Below are positions 11,923 to 23,844 of a stretch of 64,000 nucleotides of DNA, one piece after another; the stretch's first letter is position 1; each line of letters begins with the position of its first letter. The DNA is taken from NCBI RefSeq assembly GCF_006345805.1, contig NC_043007.1, positions 14,384,001 through 14,448,000 of the forward strand. Direction: 5' to 3'. This DNA comes from Octopus sinensis. Its lineage: Eukaryota. A program made the translations under genes and the position numbers. The notes beneath the pieces are model-generated. The model saw only the letters and a list, made by a program, of their open reading frames with translations. It was not told the origin of the DNA and did not search any database.

Positions 11923-12600
11923 TAAAAACTCAGCTTTTGTTGGGTAATTTATTAAATGCCTCAATATTTGTTCTGACTTCTCTTAGCACTTACTTGCGTC
12001 AGTCACTGGACTGTAGCCATGCTGGAGCACCACCATGAAGAATCCAGTCAAACAAATCAACCCTAGTACTTATTCTGTCAGTCTCCCTCTATTTGCTGAA
12101 CTGCTAAGTCATGGGAGATGTAAACAAAATAAAACTAGTTTGTCAAGAAGCAGCAGGGGACACAAATACTAACACAAAGACACACATGCACACGCATATA
12201 TATTCCACACAGTTTTCATCTACTAAAATTACTCCCATGGTATTGGTCAGCCTAGGGCTATAGTAGAAGACATTTTGCCCAATGTGCAACACAGTGGGAC
12301 TGAACCCAAAACCAAGTGGTTGCAAAGTAAGATTCTTAACCACATGGCCATGCCTGATGCTCTATACCCCGAGGGTCAACTTTGATTCCCTCCTTTCAAA
12401 AACGGTGCCAATCCAGAGCAGGAGATTGGTCAAGCTGCAAGAATATCAGATCGAATACTTTAACCCAGCTGAAACCACCTCTGGCTTTGTAGTAGTCTTG
12501 ATCAAAGACTTTCCAACCATGACCATACCATTTCTCAGACTGCATTATTGATTGAATGACCCACCCTTTTCAAGTGGATAGGGTGTAATTTGAGGGAGAT

Positions 12601-12760
12601 CTTGTTTTCATAAGTTTTGAATAAAATTCTTCCACCAAACCTTAGTCACAATTAATGTTCCTAACACCAGCTTAATAACTTAGTTATTTTACTAAATTCT
12701 TTGTTATATTTAAAATTAATTGAAAGAAACACAGAGTATCTCAACAGAAATATGGTAACA
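12601..12760 (-). mobile_element. partial copy of the piggyBac-like MITE seen at 20321
   Basis: Reverse-complement match to about 20335-20490. Confidence 0.7.
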
Positions 12761-12839
12761 AATAGAGAAACAATTCTTAACCCTTTTAATACCAGCCTGG
12801 TATATAGTAGTAGCAGCACTAAGTAGTGATGAGAAATAA

Positions 12840-13380
12840 ACTTTAGGTTAGTTCAAATATGTTCAAGATATTTTAACATTTGAAGGCAATTTCACTGCAG
12901 TTTACCATGGAGAAAAAAATTCTCACTTATGGTAAAAGGCATAAAAAAACCTTATCTATTGGATTCCTAGATGCATTTCTGGCTCCTTAGCCTTGCTCAG
13001 TGGCAGATACTGAAGAGAGATAACCCTGAGCCAATTAGAAAGCTGTAACTTTATAATGGGACAGTCAATATTGTGACTGACTTGTGTCTGCAGACTACCA
13101 GGTCAGAACAAATATAGTAGTAGCAGTGCTAATATTGACTGTTCCATTATAAAGCTATGGCTTTCTAATCTGTTCAGGGTTATCTCTCCTTGGTATCTCC
13201 TGCTGAGGAAGGTTAAAGAACCTGAAAAGCATCTGAGAGTCCAATAGAAGGTGACACTGAGCAGAAAAGATTCTCACACCTTTTACCACAAATGAGAATT
13301 TTTCTATCCACTGTAAACTACAATGAAATTGCCATAAGAAGTTAAAATATGCCACAAACATATTTAAACTAACCTAAAGT
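12840..13380. repeat. degenerate long inverted repeat (about 240-bp arms, about 55-bp spacer)
   Basis: Outer ACTTTAGGTTAGTTCAAATATGTT / AACATATTTAAACTAACCTAAAGT and inner GATAACCCTGA...CAGTCAATATT / AATATTGACTG...TCAGGGTTATC matches. Confidence 0.75.
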
Positions 13381-13431
13381 TAATATATATTTGCTGTTTG
13401 TGACAATAGAGGTAGATGTTGAAGCCTAGCA

Positions 13432-14001
13432 TCATCATCATCATCATCATCATCGTTTAACATCCGCTTTCCATGCTAGCATGAGTTGAACGGTTCAACT
13501 GGGGTCTGGAAAGCCAGGAGGCTGCACCAGGCTCCAGTCTGATCTGGCAGTGTTTCTACAGCTGGATGCCCTTCTTAACGCCAACCACTCTGTGAGTGTA
13601 GTGGGTGCTTTTTACGTGCCAGGCGAGGCTGGTAACGGCTACGATCGGTTGGTGCTTTTTACGTGCCACTGGCACGGAGGCCAGTCAGGGCGGCGCTGGC
13701 AACGGCCATGTTCAGATGGTTCCTTTATGTGCCACCGGCACTGGTATCACAACTACAATTTCCATTGATTTTTAATCGATTTCGTTTGCCTCAACAGGTC
13801 TTCGCAAGCAGAGTTTTGTGTCCGAAGGAGGAAAGGTATGCATAAGTGGGCTGGCTATATCCCAGGTAGAGGCCACGAGTTATGGCCTCACTTGTCCTGC
13901 CGGGTCTTCTCACGCATAGCATACTTCCAAAGGTCTCGGTCACTAGTCATTGCCTCGGTGAGACCTAATGTTCGAAGGCCGTGCTTCACCACCTCGTCCC
14001 A
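13432..14001 (-). mobile_element. RTE-clade LINE 3' end (ORF C-terminus, 3' UTR and (GAT)n tail); parent of family C
   Basis: Minus translation WDEVVKHGLRTLGLTEAMTSDRDLWKYAMREKTRQDK* resembles RTE ORF C-termini and is followed by the family C UTR. Confidence 0.8.
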
Positions 14002-14397
14002 ATCTCACAGATGAGATGAAGGTACTTGAAATGTCATGTATTTGCAGACTGCCACCATCACAAATGCCAACATAGAAATGCTGATGTTAAAGCAACGGTG
14101 GTGATGACAATAGGTGACATAAATGAAGTCCCATAACATTTTAGCATTCAGGTTACTCTATAAAATGTAATGCTTATATATCTATATTATTTTGAATTAC
14201 TCATGCATTGTTTTGTAGCTTTGAGATTTCAATGATGAGACTCTTTACATTAGGAATGACATTTTAGGGTAGGTGGAAGAGGTCAGATCTGGTTGGTTTA
14301 AATGCTAAATGGTGAAAGATGACAGGGAGTTTGGTGGAGTAGATATGGTTGTTATGGTTTGATATTCTATATAATGTTAAAGGTCATGTGTAATTTT

Positions 14398-14603
14398 ATT
14401 CTTTTACCTGTTTCAGTCATTTGACCAAAGCCATGCTAGCGCACCGTCTTTAGTCGAGCAAATCGACCCCAGGGCTTAATCTTTGTAAGCCTAGTACTTA
14501 TTCTATCAGTCTCTTTTGCCAAACCGCTAAGTTATGGGAACATAAACACACCAGCACTGGTTGTCAAGCAATGGTGGGGGGACAAACACAGGCACACAAA
14601 CAT

Positions 14604-14634
<31 letters not shown>

Positions 14635-14643
14635 CACACATAC

Positions 14644-14679
<36 letters not shown>

Positions 14680-14867
14680 GTGTGGTAAGTAGCTTGCTTA
14701 CCAGCCGCATGATTCTGGGTTCAGTCCCATTGTGTGGCACCTTGGGCAAGTGCCTTCTACTATAGCCTAGGGCCGACCAAAGCCTTATGAGTGGATTTGG
14801 TAGGCGGAAACTGAAAGAAGTCCATCGTATATATATATATATAGGCGGAAACTGAAAGAAGTCCATC

Positions 14868-14903
<36 letters not shown>

Positions 14904-15064
14904 GATGGACTTCTTTCAGTTTCCGCCTACCAAATCCACTCATAAGGCTTTGGTCGGCCCTAGGCTATAGTAGAAGGCACTTGCCCAAGGTGCCACACAA
15001 TGGGACTGAACCCAGAACCATGCGGCTGGTAAGCAAGCTACTTACCACACAGCCACTCCTGCAC
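14398..15064 (-). mobile_element. family A SINE containing an inverted duplicate of its own head
   Basis: Normal tail (14398-14640) and head (14901-15064) separated by an inverted copy of the head (14679-14829). Confidence 0.85.
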
Positions 15065-15446
15065 CTATAATTTGCAAGTTTTGGTGCATATGCTAAAAAT
15101 AATTGAGATATTTACTGTTGTCTTTTATCTTTTACTTGTTTCCACCATTAGACTGCAGCCATGCTGGAGCACCAAGTTAAAGAATTTTGTCAAATGAATC
15201 AACTCTAGTACTTAATTTTTTTTTTTTTTAAATCCTGGTGCTTATTTTATCAGTTGCTTGGTTGAACTGCTAAGTTACAGGGACAGAAACACACCAATAC
15301 AAATACAAAGATACACACACATAAATATGATGGGCCTTTTCCAGTTTGTCTACCAAATTCACTTACAAAGCTTTGGTTGTCCCAAAGCTATAGTTGAAGA
15401 CACTTGCTCAAGGTGAATGATTTCAATGTTTAAAGCCTTATATATA

Positions 15447-15885
15447 TATCATCATCGTTTAACGCCCGTTTTCCATGCTGGCATGGGTTGGACGGTTTGA
15501 CTGAGGACTGGCAAACCCAGAGGCTGCACCAGGCTCCAATCTGATCTGGCATGGTTTCTTAGCTGGAGCCCTTCCTAATGCCAAACCACTGAGAGTGTAG
15601 TGGGTGCTTTTTAGATGCCACTGGCACGGGAGCCAATCAGGAGGCACTGGCATCAACCACACTCAAGAGGTGCTTTTTACATGCCAGGGTGTGATGTATA
15701 AACTGTCGTCATCATCATTTAACGTCCACTTTCCATGCTAGCATGGGTTGGACGATTTGACTGAGGTCTGGCAAACCAGACTCCAATCTGATCTGGCAGA
15801 GTTTCTACAGCTGGATGCCCTTCCTAACGCCAACCACTCCGAGAGTGTAGTGGGGGCTTTTACGTGCCACCGGCATGAGGCATGC
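15447..15885 (-). mobile_element. two adjacent family C (RTE 3' end) copies
   Basis: (ATC)n tails at about 15447 and 15707 with the family C body. Confidence 0.8.
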
Positions 15886-16089
15886 ACGTTGTTAGTTTTT
15901 TATTTTGTTGACTACACAGTCTAGTAGGGTCAGTTGGGCACCATCAATGAGAAAAACAGCACCATGATGCAATTCACTCTGCCAGAAATCTTGAAATGAC
16001 ATGCTGTACTGCTTGGCATTTGTGCCGGAAGCTCCAATTTGAAAATTTCAGAGTATTTGGGTGTCAATCTAGGGACATGTTCTGAGAGT

Positions 16090-16699
16090 GATAAAAATCA
16101 AAACATCCAGTCAACATCATGGTGTTTAGAGTGATCACTAATGATGGCAACGTTATGCATCCATTCATCTTCCCACACAGCCTCAGACTCAACACAGAGG
16201 CCTACAAATGTGTGGAGGAGATAATGATGTCCTGGGTGAAGAGGGTGGCTGCTGGAAGATCCTATGTCTGCAACAGGACTCTGCACCATGCCACACAAGC
16301 AGGGGAACCCAGTCACAGTTGTCAGACAATTTCTGCGACCACATCACCCTTAACATCTAGCCACCCAACTCCCCAGACTGCAACCCCCTTAATTATTATG
16401 TGTAGGGTGCAGTTGAGCAAGAGACCAACAAAACTCCTTGTAACACCAAAGCTGAACCATAGGCAAGGATTATGGGTTGCATTCACCAACTTAAACAAGG
16501 TGACCATCCAGAAGAGCTGTGAGAGATTCCGAAGTTGCCTGGAGGCCGTGGTTGAAACCAATGGCGATTTTATTGAATAAATTTACTCTTTAGTATTTCA
16601 AGATATTTTTATGTAATTTTAGTAAATATATCTGTTAAAAATGAGAAGTCAGTGTTATTTTCATTTTTGTGTAATTTAGACAGTATATTTACAGAACCT

Positions 16700-16701
<2 letters not shown>
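16090..16701 (+). mobile_element. decayed Tc1/mariner (maT/DD37D-like) transposase 3' part and terminal repeat
   Basis: KHPVNIMVF...PFIFPHSLRLNTEAY...WVKRVAAGRSYV, frameshifted QDSAPCHT and ...CERFRSCLEAVVETNGDFIE*; ends ...CCTTG followed by TA. Confidence 0.8.
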
Positions 16702-16747
<46 letters not shown>

Positions 16748-17776
16748 TTCCTTCCCAATTTATATAGACTCATAGCCAGTTTCCATGATGTATTTATTCC
16801 CCACCTGTACAGGACACCAGTCCATTGCAGAATTTCTCATTTTTGCCAGCTGAGGGGACGGGAGCATTATAAAATGAAGTGTTTTGCTCAAGAACACAAG
16901 ATGTCACCCGGTCCAGGAATGAAAACCACAATTTTATGATCATGAGTCCAAGTGTACCTGGCTATTAAAAATCTGCCACAATAGGTTTAGTATGACCCAT
17001 GCCAGCTTGGAAAAACAGACACAGGGTCAAAGGAAGGGAATCAAGGAGAGAGAGACAGGACCTCTGACCTTTGTAGACCACTGTGCCAACATGTGGCATT
17101 GATACCAAACCTAACACCATTGTCTGTTGGAAAACGGTGGGCAGGGAAGACCAACTCCAACCAACAGGCATTGGTGCTAAAGAAACCAGTGTGTCAAGCT
17201 GACCACCCATTTATTTGGAAGTAAATAAATAATTTAAATAAAATTATAAATAATAAATGAGATAAAACCTAAGGTGGTGAGCTGCCAGAATCGTTAGCAC
17301 ACCAGGTGCAATGCTTAGCAGCATTTCGTCCATTTTCAGATTCTGAGTTCAAATCCTGCCGAGGTCAACTTTGCCTGTCATCCTTTCAGGGTTAATGAAG
17401 TAAGTACCAGCTGAGCACTAGGGTCAATGTGATGAACTTAACTAGTTCTGGGTATGAGTACAGAAGAGAGAGAGAAGGAAAGAAAGAACAATTGCATCCC
17501 TTTGCCAAGCCAATCTGACAGAGTTGGCTCATCAAACCAGTATGATCTCAAGCCATTCTCTGGTAGAGAGAATACGCTGAGGCCTTCATCCTGCAGCAGA
17601 TGGAACATGGGGGGAAATCCAATCCGAATGAGATAACATCTAATGTGATGTTTTGTGTCCAGTGTTTTGCAACAAGAAAAAAAACTACCAAGTCACAATT
17701 AAATAGTCAGTTTTTATTTTTTCACTGAAATGCTTCCACGTGCTGCCGTCTCGAATCTACTTTCAGTATTAAAATC

Positions 17777-18967
17777 TCAATCTGCATCTAGTTGTGACTT
17801 TTTCTTTTTTTGGGGTCTTACTCTTACTCTTTCTCTTTTTTTCTTTGTTTTAGTTAATGTCTCTGTTTCCTTTGCATCTGTTAACGGAAGCAAAGTTACT
17901 TTTGGGTCGCAAAGTTTATAGTAAGCTAGGTTGAGGGTATATGACGAAGAGGGTTTAGTCAAACCGTGGTCCAGGATGTGTGCTTTGGCAAGTAGAAATG
18001 CATAAAAGTATTTTTGACAAATGGGACATGTAAACAGCAATCGTACTTCTGAGGAGATTGGCTTGTCAAATGGATAATGTTGAAACTGCCCATAATGTGT
18101 ATTAAGATTCTTTTGTTTTTCACAATGTAGGCCACATTTTTGGCAAACACTGTCTCCAGGAATCAGGACCTTTTTGTAGTCAACAACATCAGATATCGCG
18201 TAACAAGGCAGACTCTTTTCATTGTGCAATCTTACAAAATGATTGGAACATGAATATATATCCGGAAACACAGTAAAACATTTTGAACATGTAGCTAGTT
18301 TAGAGTAGAATTCTTTACCTTCATTTTTAATAGCCATCTCAGTTATAACAGAATCCGCTTTGAGTTTCTTTTTATAGAACATAGCTTTACACTTGCTGCA
18401 GCTTTTATGCACCTCATCTTTCAAATGTTGCAACGATTCTGTTCTGTCTGCAGAGACAAAGTCACAATAATCACATTTGTAGCAGACAAGTAGTTTGGAA
18501 CTTTCTATCTGTAGACTGTTATTTTCTAAAGCCTTAGACTTTTTTAATTTTATGTTTTTGGCAGGCGGATCTTGATGGTCAATGTTGATTGATAAGGAAG
18601 AATCATCGTCTACCGGTGCCTTTCTCTTTTGCTCTGGCTGTGAGGAGCTACTCAAAGTGTATTGAAATCCATCAGAAGAATATACTTCATTGTTTAGTGG
18701 TGCAGCGCTTCTACAATTTTCTCTGAGCATCACTTTATAGATACGATCAAATATTTTAGAACTCTTGTTGTTGAAGCCATAAATGAGAGTTCTTTGAGCA
18801 GCGACCAGCTGATGAATAGGGTAGGGACCAGCATAATGATCCAAGAAATTTGGCATATTACTGGGTAATGATCCTGGAAAAGAACAGAAAAATTTACACA
18901 AAAGTAACAACATATAAACTGGTTGTGTAAATAAGAAGGAAATATTAAACGACTCTTTCACTGACAT
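17777..18967 (-). CDS. C2H2 zinc-finger protein, 396 aa, four spaced fingers and basic C-terminal NLS-like tail
   Basis: Long stop-free ORF with CxxC-x12-H-x3-5-H motifs (CDYC, CSKC, CQKC, CPIC); acceptor CTCTCTCTCCATAG directly before the ATG; minus-strand AATAAA at 17713-17718; the true start could be the later Met of MPNFLDH. Confidence 0.85.
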   Translation of the reverse strand: MSVKESFNISFLFTQPVYMLLLLCKFFCSFPGSLPSNMPNFLDHYAGPYPIHQLVAAQRTLIYGFNNKSSKIFDRIYKVMLRENCRSAAPLNNEVYSSDGFQYTLSSSSQPEQKRKAPVDDDSSLSINIDHQDPPAKNIKLKKSKALENNSLQIESSKLLVCYKCDYCDFVSADRTESLQHLKDEVHKSCSKCKAMFYKKKLKADSVITEMAIKNEGKEFYSKLATCSKCFTVFPDIYSCSNHFVRLHNEKSLPCYAISDVVDYKKVLIPGDSVCQKCGLHCEKQKNLNTHYGQFQHYPFDKPISSEVRLLFTCPICQKYFYAFLLAKAHILDHGLTKPSSSYTLNLAYYKLCDPKVTLLPLTDAKETETLTKTKKKRERVRVRPQKKKKSQLDAD

Positions 18968-19439
18968 CTATGGAGAGAGAGAGAGTAAAAATTCCATCAA
19001 ATTAAATATATATATATTTTCAGATTACCATGCAACAGACCCTAATCTAAGTTGCTTTAATTAAAAGTTTTGTTTTGGATTACTTGGAGCTCTTCCTAAG
19101 CTCACTCAATTTAATATCTGATGACAGTTACAGGGCAGAGTAAAGGTTTCGTATTTTATTAGCATATGCTGAGCTGATATATATTTAACATTTTACACAC
19201 TTAATTTCTGTGATATGAAGGGGTTCATTTAATGTTCTAACTCATCTGGTTAGATCTAAAAAATTGTGCCTGTAAAAAGAGATTAGTAACCCAAAGGCAG
19301 GGCACACTACTTCAATCAAACAAAAGGTTCTATAGATCAGAAGTTAATAAGAAAGGCTGTACACAAGTTCAGCTGTTGTGAAGATCTCAGTTACCATACA
19401 AGCTGAACTCACAAAATACTATCTGTTGGGGTGATCTTT

Positions 19440-19720
19440 ACCAGCATCGCCTTACTGGCACCTGTGCCGGTGACATGTGTAAAAAGATTCGAGCAAGGTC
19501 GTTGCCAGTACCGCCTGACTGGCCCCCATGCCAGTGGCACATAAAAGCACCCACTACACTCTCAGAGTGGTTGGCATTAGGAAGGGCATCCAGCTGTAGA
19601 AACTCTGCTAGATCAAGACTGTAGCCTGGTGCAGCCATCTGGTTCACCAGTCCTCAGTCAAATCGTCCAACCCATGCTAGCATGGAAAGCGGATGTTAAA
19701 CGATGATGATGATGATGATT
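19440..19720 (+). mobile_element. family C (RTE 3' end) copy
   Basis: Family C body ending GTTAAACGATGATGATG. Confidence 0.85.
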
Positions 19721-19769
19721 GCTATACCCACATTTGGGAATTCTCTTTAGAAAAATACAGAAATCCTTT

Positions 19770-19925
19770 TGAAATGATTTATCCATTTTTGCCAGCTGAG
19801 TGGACTGGAGCAACGTGAAATGAAGTGTTTTGCTCAAGAACACAACGCGTCGCCCGGTCCAGGAATCGAAACCACAATCTTACGATCATGATGCTGTCAC
19901 CCTAACCACTAAATCATGCGCCTCC
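19770..19925 (-). mobile_element. tRNA-derived CORE-like SINE family D (partial)
   Basis: Reverse complement of the GGCGCATG...TTAGTGGTTAGGGTG...GTTCTTGAGCAAAACAC family. Confidence 0.8.
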
Positions 19926-20320
19926 ACACTACAACTAATATAATGGTTAAAATTTCCAATTTCACAGATACTAATTTTGACTGTTTTCTTCACTCAAAAT
20001 AAATTAAGATTTAAAGGTTTCTAAGGAGAAAGGATCTGGTAGAGGAAATTGTATTTCTAAGATGTTAGTAAATTTAGGTTTAGGAATTTTTTTTTAACCC
20101 CTATTCTACAGATACAATGTTTCTTGAACTAATTTTGTAAGGATAAACTTTTCAGTCATTTACAATAATTTGTATTTCATATAATGTAATCTTTCAAATA
20201 AATTTTGTATGTAAATCATCCTCAAAAAGGAAGGGTTTTGCATCTGATCAATTTTATTTCATTTTAAATATTTATATCAGATGTAGTGTTGGCAAATTTC
20301 AGGAAGCATGGAGGTTTTAA

Positions 20321-20530
20321 CCCTTTTGTTACTGTATTTCTGTTGAGATGCTCTGTGTTTCTTTCAATTACTTTATATATAACAAAGAATTTAATAAAAT
20401 AACTTAGTTATCATTAAGCTAGTGTTAGGAATATAAATTGTGACTAAGGTTTGGTGGAAGATTTTAATTCAGAACTTATGAAAACAAGACATTTGTACTC
20501 AGAGCCAGAGCCAGTTTGGTAACGAAAGAG
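20321..20530. mobile_element. piggyBac-like MITE
   Basis: TTAA|CCCTTTTGTTAC ... GTAACGAAAGAG|TTAA; further partial copies at 12601 and about 60340-60455. Confidence 0.75.
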
Positions 20531-20534
20531 TTAA

Positions 20535-20810
20535 AGGATGCAATGTCTCAACAACTAACAACAGATGCAGGTAGTTTGTTCCATGCTTCAGCAACTCTGA
20601 GTGGAAAAATGTTTCCAAAAGTCATGGGAGCTGTGCTGTTTCCTGACTTTGTAGGCATGCCCACGTGTGTTAGACACATGGAGCTCAAAAAGGTGTTCAA
20701 GGTGGTTGTTGGTGCGATTGTTAATAAATTTGTGGGTCAGTTGCCAGATGTTAGAGCTTACATCGTATCTATGCCCAGGGAAGAAAGGCATTCAGAGTAT
20801 GGTATTAAGT
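20535..20810 (-). mobile_element. CR1-like LINE ORF2 C-terminal fragment
   Basis: LEHLFELHVSNTRGHAYKVRKQHSSHDF.KHF resembles the CR1 RGH..K...C-terminal motif. Confidence 0.7.
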
Positions 20811-20811
20811 T

Positions 20812-21045
20812 GCGAGCTGGCAGAATCGTTAGCACGCTAGGCGAAATGTGTAGCCGTATTTTGCCTGCCGTTATGTTCTGAGTTCAAATTCCGCTGAGGT
20901 CGACTTTGCCTTTCATCCTTTTGGGGTCGATAAATTAAGTACCAGTTATGCACTGGGGTCGATATAATCGACTTAATCCGTCTGTCTCTCCTTGTTTGTC
21001 TCCTCTGTGTTTAACCCCTTGTGGGTAGTAAAGAAATAGGTATTA
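20812..21045 (+). mobile_element. family B SINE
   Basis: Full head GCGAGCTGGCAGAATCG to tail AAAGAAATAGG. Confidence 0.9.
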
Positions 21046-21836
21046 AGTTGCTTTAGGTACTCAATCTTTAGGTTTTTGCATTAGATTTTTGAACTGGTAA
21101 ACAAAGATGTTCCTCATTTTCTTTTAAAGTATTTTTACAGTATATTTTCTTTATATACTTTTATTTCATAGTCTTCTGAAAAAAGTTCAATAAATTTGTG
21201 ATTTCTTTAATAGATAGTATTCACAATCAACAACCAACTAGCTATGACCTTTAGACCAAAACTTTATTAGATTAGGGTGCTAAAAAGTTGTACATTGGTC
21301 ATATGTGCCCGTTTTTAATAACTATAGTGGAATGGGGTACAATGAGTAAATATTTTTGCATTTCTGACATCAAGGAAAAAAATTTTTTTTTACAAAAGTT
21401 CATTATTTTACAAAAACTATATCAACTAAGCAGATGTCCTCTAAATGTATTAAAAACATTATAACACATTCAGAATACTATTTCAGAAAAATAACTCCAT
21501 TCACTTTGAGTATATAGAAGACAAATTTAGGTGGGGTAAAATGAGTAAAACAAAGTAAGATAACTTTGTTTTTTCATTTCTCTAAAATTACATTTGAAAA
21601 AGGATTCATACACACCAATATCCAACCCTGGACATAAGAAATGCAACAAAAATCTTAAATACCTAGGTCAAATGAAAGGGGTCTATAGAAAAATGGCACA
21701 GGATATAAAATTAATTAAACTCGACTAAATCTAAAAACTCAACATTAAATATTCTCTATAGCTTCCCCACGATTTGCAGGGGTGACTTTCTTCCTGATAC
21801 ATTTACGTACTACACAAATTTCAGAAATTATTGAAA

Positions 21837-22206
21837 CTAGCAGTATCGCCCGGCGTTGCTCGGGTTTGTTTCGACCCTTTAGAATTGCAATTTTTGGAAA
21901 GTAAAAATTTTGCATTATGTAGCTTGTTATTCTCTTTAAGTGAACATTTTTCTGGTTGAAAGCAGTCAAAAAATCGTAAAAAATACGGATTTTCATAGAA
22001 AGAAAAGCACCTTTTTGATGTAAATAATTTTTTGGTGTTAACATGGTCCGATTTGAATCTTATCTTCTACGGAATGAAGAGCAAGCCTTCTTCTATCATA
22101 CTCTCAATTTTGGTCAACTTGCGCCTCAGGGTCTTGGAGGAGATAGTGTTAGTTGAAGGCTACCAAACCTGCCATACACAGACAACTTCAACTTTATATA
22201 TATAGA
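21837..22206 (-). mobile_element. non-autonomous Helitron (family H1)
   Basis: Minus strand 5' TCTATATATATAAAG and 3' GC hairpin CCCGAGCAACGCCGGGCG followed by CTAG; same family as 44168 and 50440. Confidence 0.85.
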
Positions 22207-23185
22207 AATTGGTCATTACTTATTTTGCCCCACTTTACACATTGTTTTAAAAAATGGAAAATGATCAAATTAGACACACCTATGCTGACCAGTTTTTACT
22301 CCTAAAGATGATGCAATACTTGCAACGTAATGGTTTCGAATAGATAGGGAGAAAATCAGAAATTACTCATTTTACCCAGCTTAACCATTTTGACCTCCAC
22401 CCCCACTAAATGATATATGATTACTGTAATTACAAACGGGGAAATCGGAATCGGTGGTACAATATAGTGATGAGTTGCAGTCATATGTTTTGTGTATTAG
22501 CACCACAGCACTCAGCTTATTAACCACTGTAAATGAACTTTCTAGTGTTTTAATGCCATCGAAACTTCTGTCACGGGACAGATTGTTTTGTTTTTTTTCT
22601 TTCAAACATAAATTAATACAAGGCTACTTATTTCGATGGATGTACATTAAGTAAATTTATCCTATTACTATTGATCCTGGAAGGATATGTAACATACTTT
22701 TAGGGAAATTCCTCCCTTTCGTTTACAGATGAAAAGTAGAATTGATCTCGGCGGAATCGAATTTTGAAAATTAATTAAATATCATGATCAATTTGTAAAT
22801 TCTAGCAGTTTCTGAAACTAAGACATGACCGAAAATAGCAGCACAATTTTTTTTTCCTTCTGAAATCACCGTATCTTTATATTTAGTCTTAATTTGGGCG
22901 ATGGATATGTGATAGTGTAGTTCAACTTTTTTTTAAAAATATATTAGCGGAAGAAATGGTTTCTACCAGGAATCGAAACCCCGAACTCGGCCTGATGAAA
23001 TTTTGATCCCTCGCTACCAAGATATTAAAATAAACAAAACTGTGTACGGTTTCTGCTGAAATATGAATCGACCATGTGGTCTGATTCGATTCATTTCAGC
23101 AAACGATACATATACTGGCAGATTTTAGAAAATATTTCGAGATAAAACCATTATAACTATAAACTATACGGAACACAATACTTAC

Positions 23186-23620
23186 TCAGAGTCATTTTAA
23201 TCAACTATGGAGAATTTTCAATGAAATAATGGAATAAGAAACGGTTTTAAGCATCATCGCGACCAGCGATCGTATGCTTCTTTGAAACTTAGTACATTGT
23301 AATCACTTCCGCTACACGAGTTGGCGGTGTCACACACAAAATTATTCCTTCGTAATTATCGCACCCCTACTTGCTAGGCGGAAATTGTATCCCCAAAAAC
23401 TAATACGTAACTAGCGATTACTTTTTAACAAAGAAAAAAAAATAATAATATGATCCGATTGTTGTTGTTTAATTGAATAAATTTTAAGAATTAAAATAAT
23501 ACCATCCGAATTATATAATTTTGACAGCATACCCCTGAAACACAAAAGATATTACACAACTCTTTGCCACATCACCAGGTCACTGTTTAATCACCAATGC
23601 TTCACGTCACAGCGACAGAG
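23186..23620 (-). promoter_or_regulatory. candidate first exon and CpG-containing promoter of the zinc-finger gene
   Basis: Minus-strand donor GTAAGT at 23185, ETS-like CACTTCCG (23304), GGCGGAA and ACGTCAC motifs, local CpG enrichment. Confidence 0.45.
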
Positions 23621-23844
23621 GGGATTACAGTCGATCGAGGAACTGAACTATTTACTAATTGTTTTAGTATATGTTTGGGATCAAGTTAGCAAATAGTTAT
23701 CACGGATCTTTTCACTTTGACCGGCAGATTTTAAAAATAATTTCTTTGTTACTAAACACTTTTAAACTTCTTATACTGGTAGAATGTGTCACATAAAAGA
23801 TCTTTTTCTCTTGGCGTTCTTGCCGAAATACATCCAGTCCTCTC

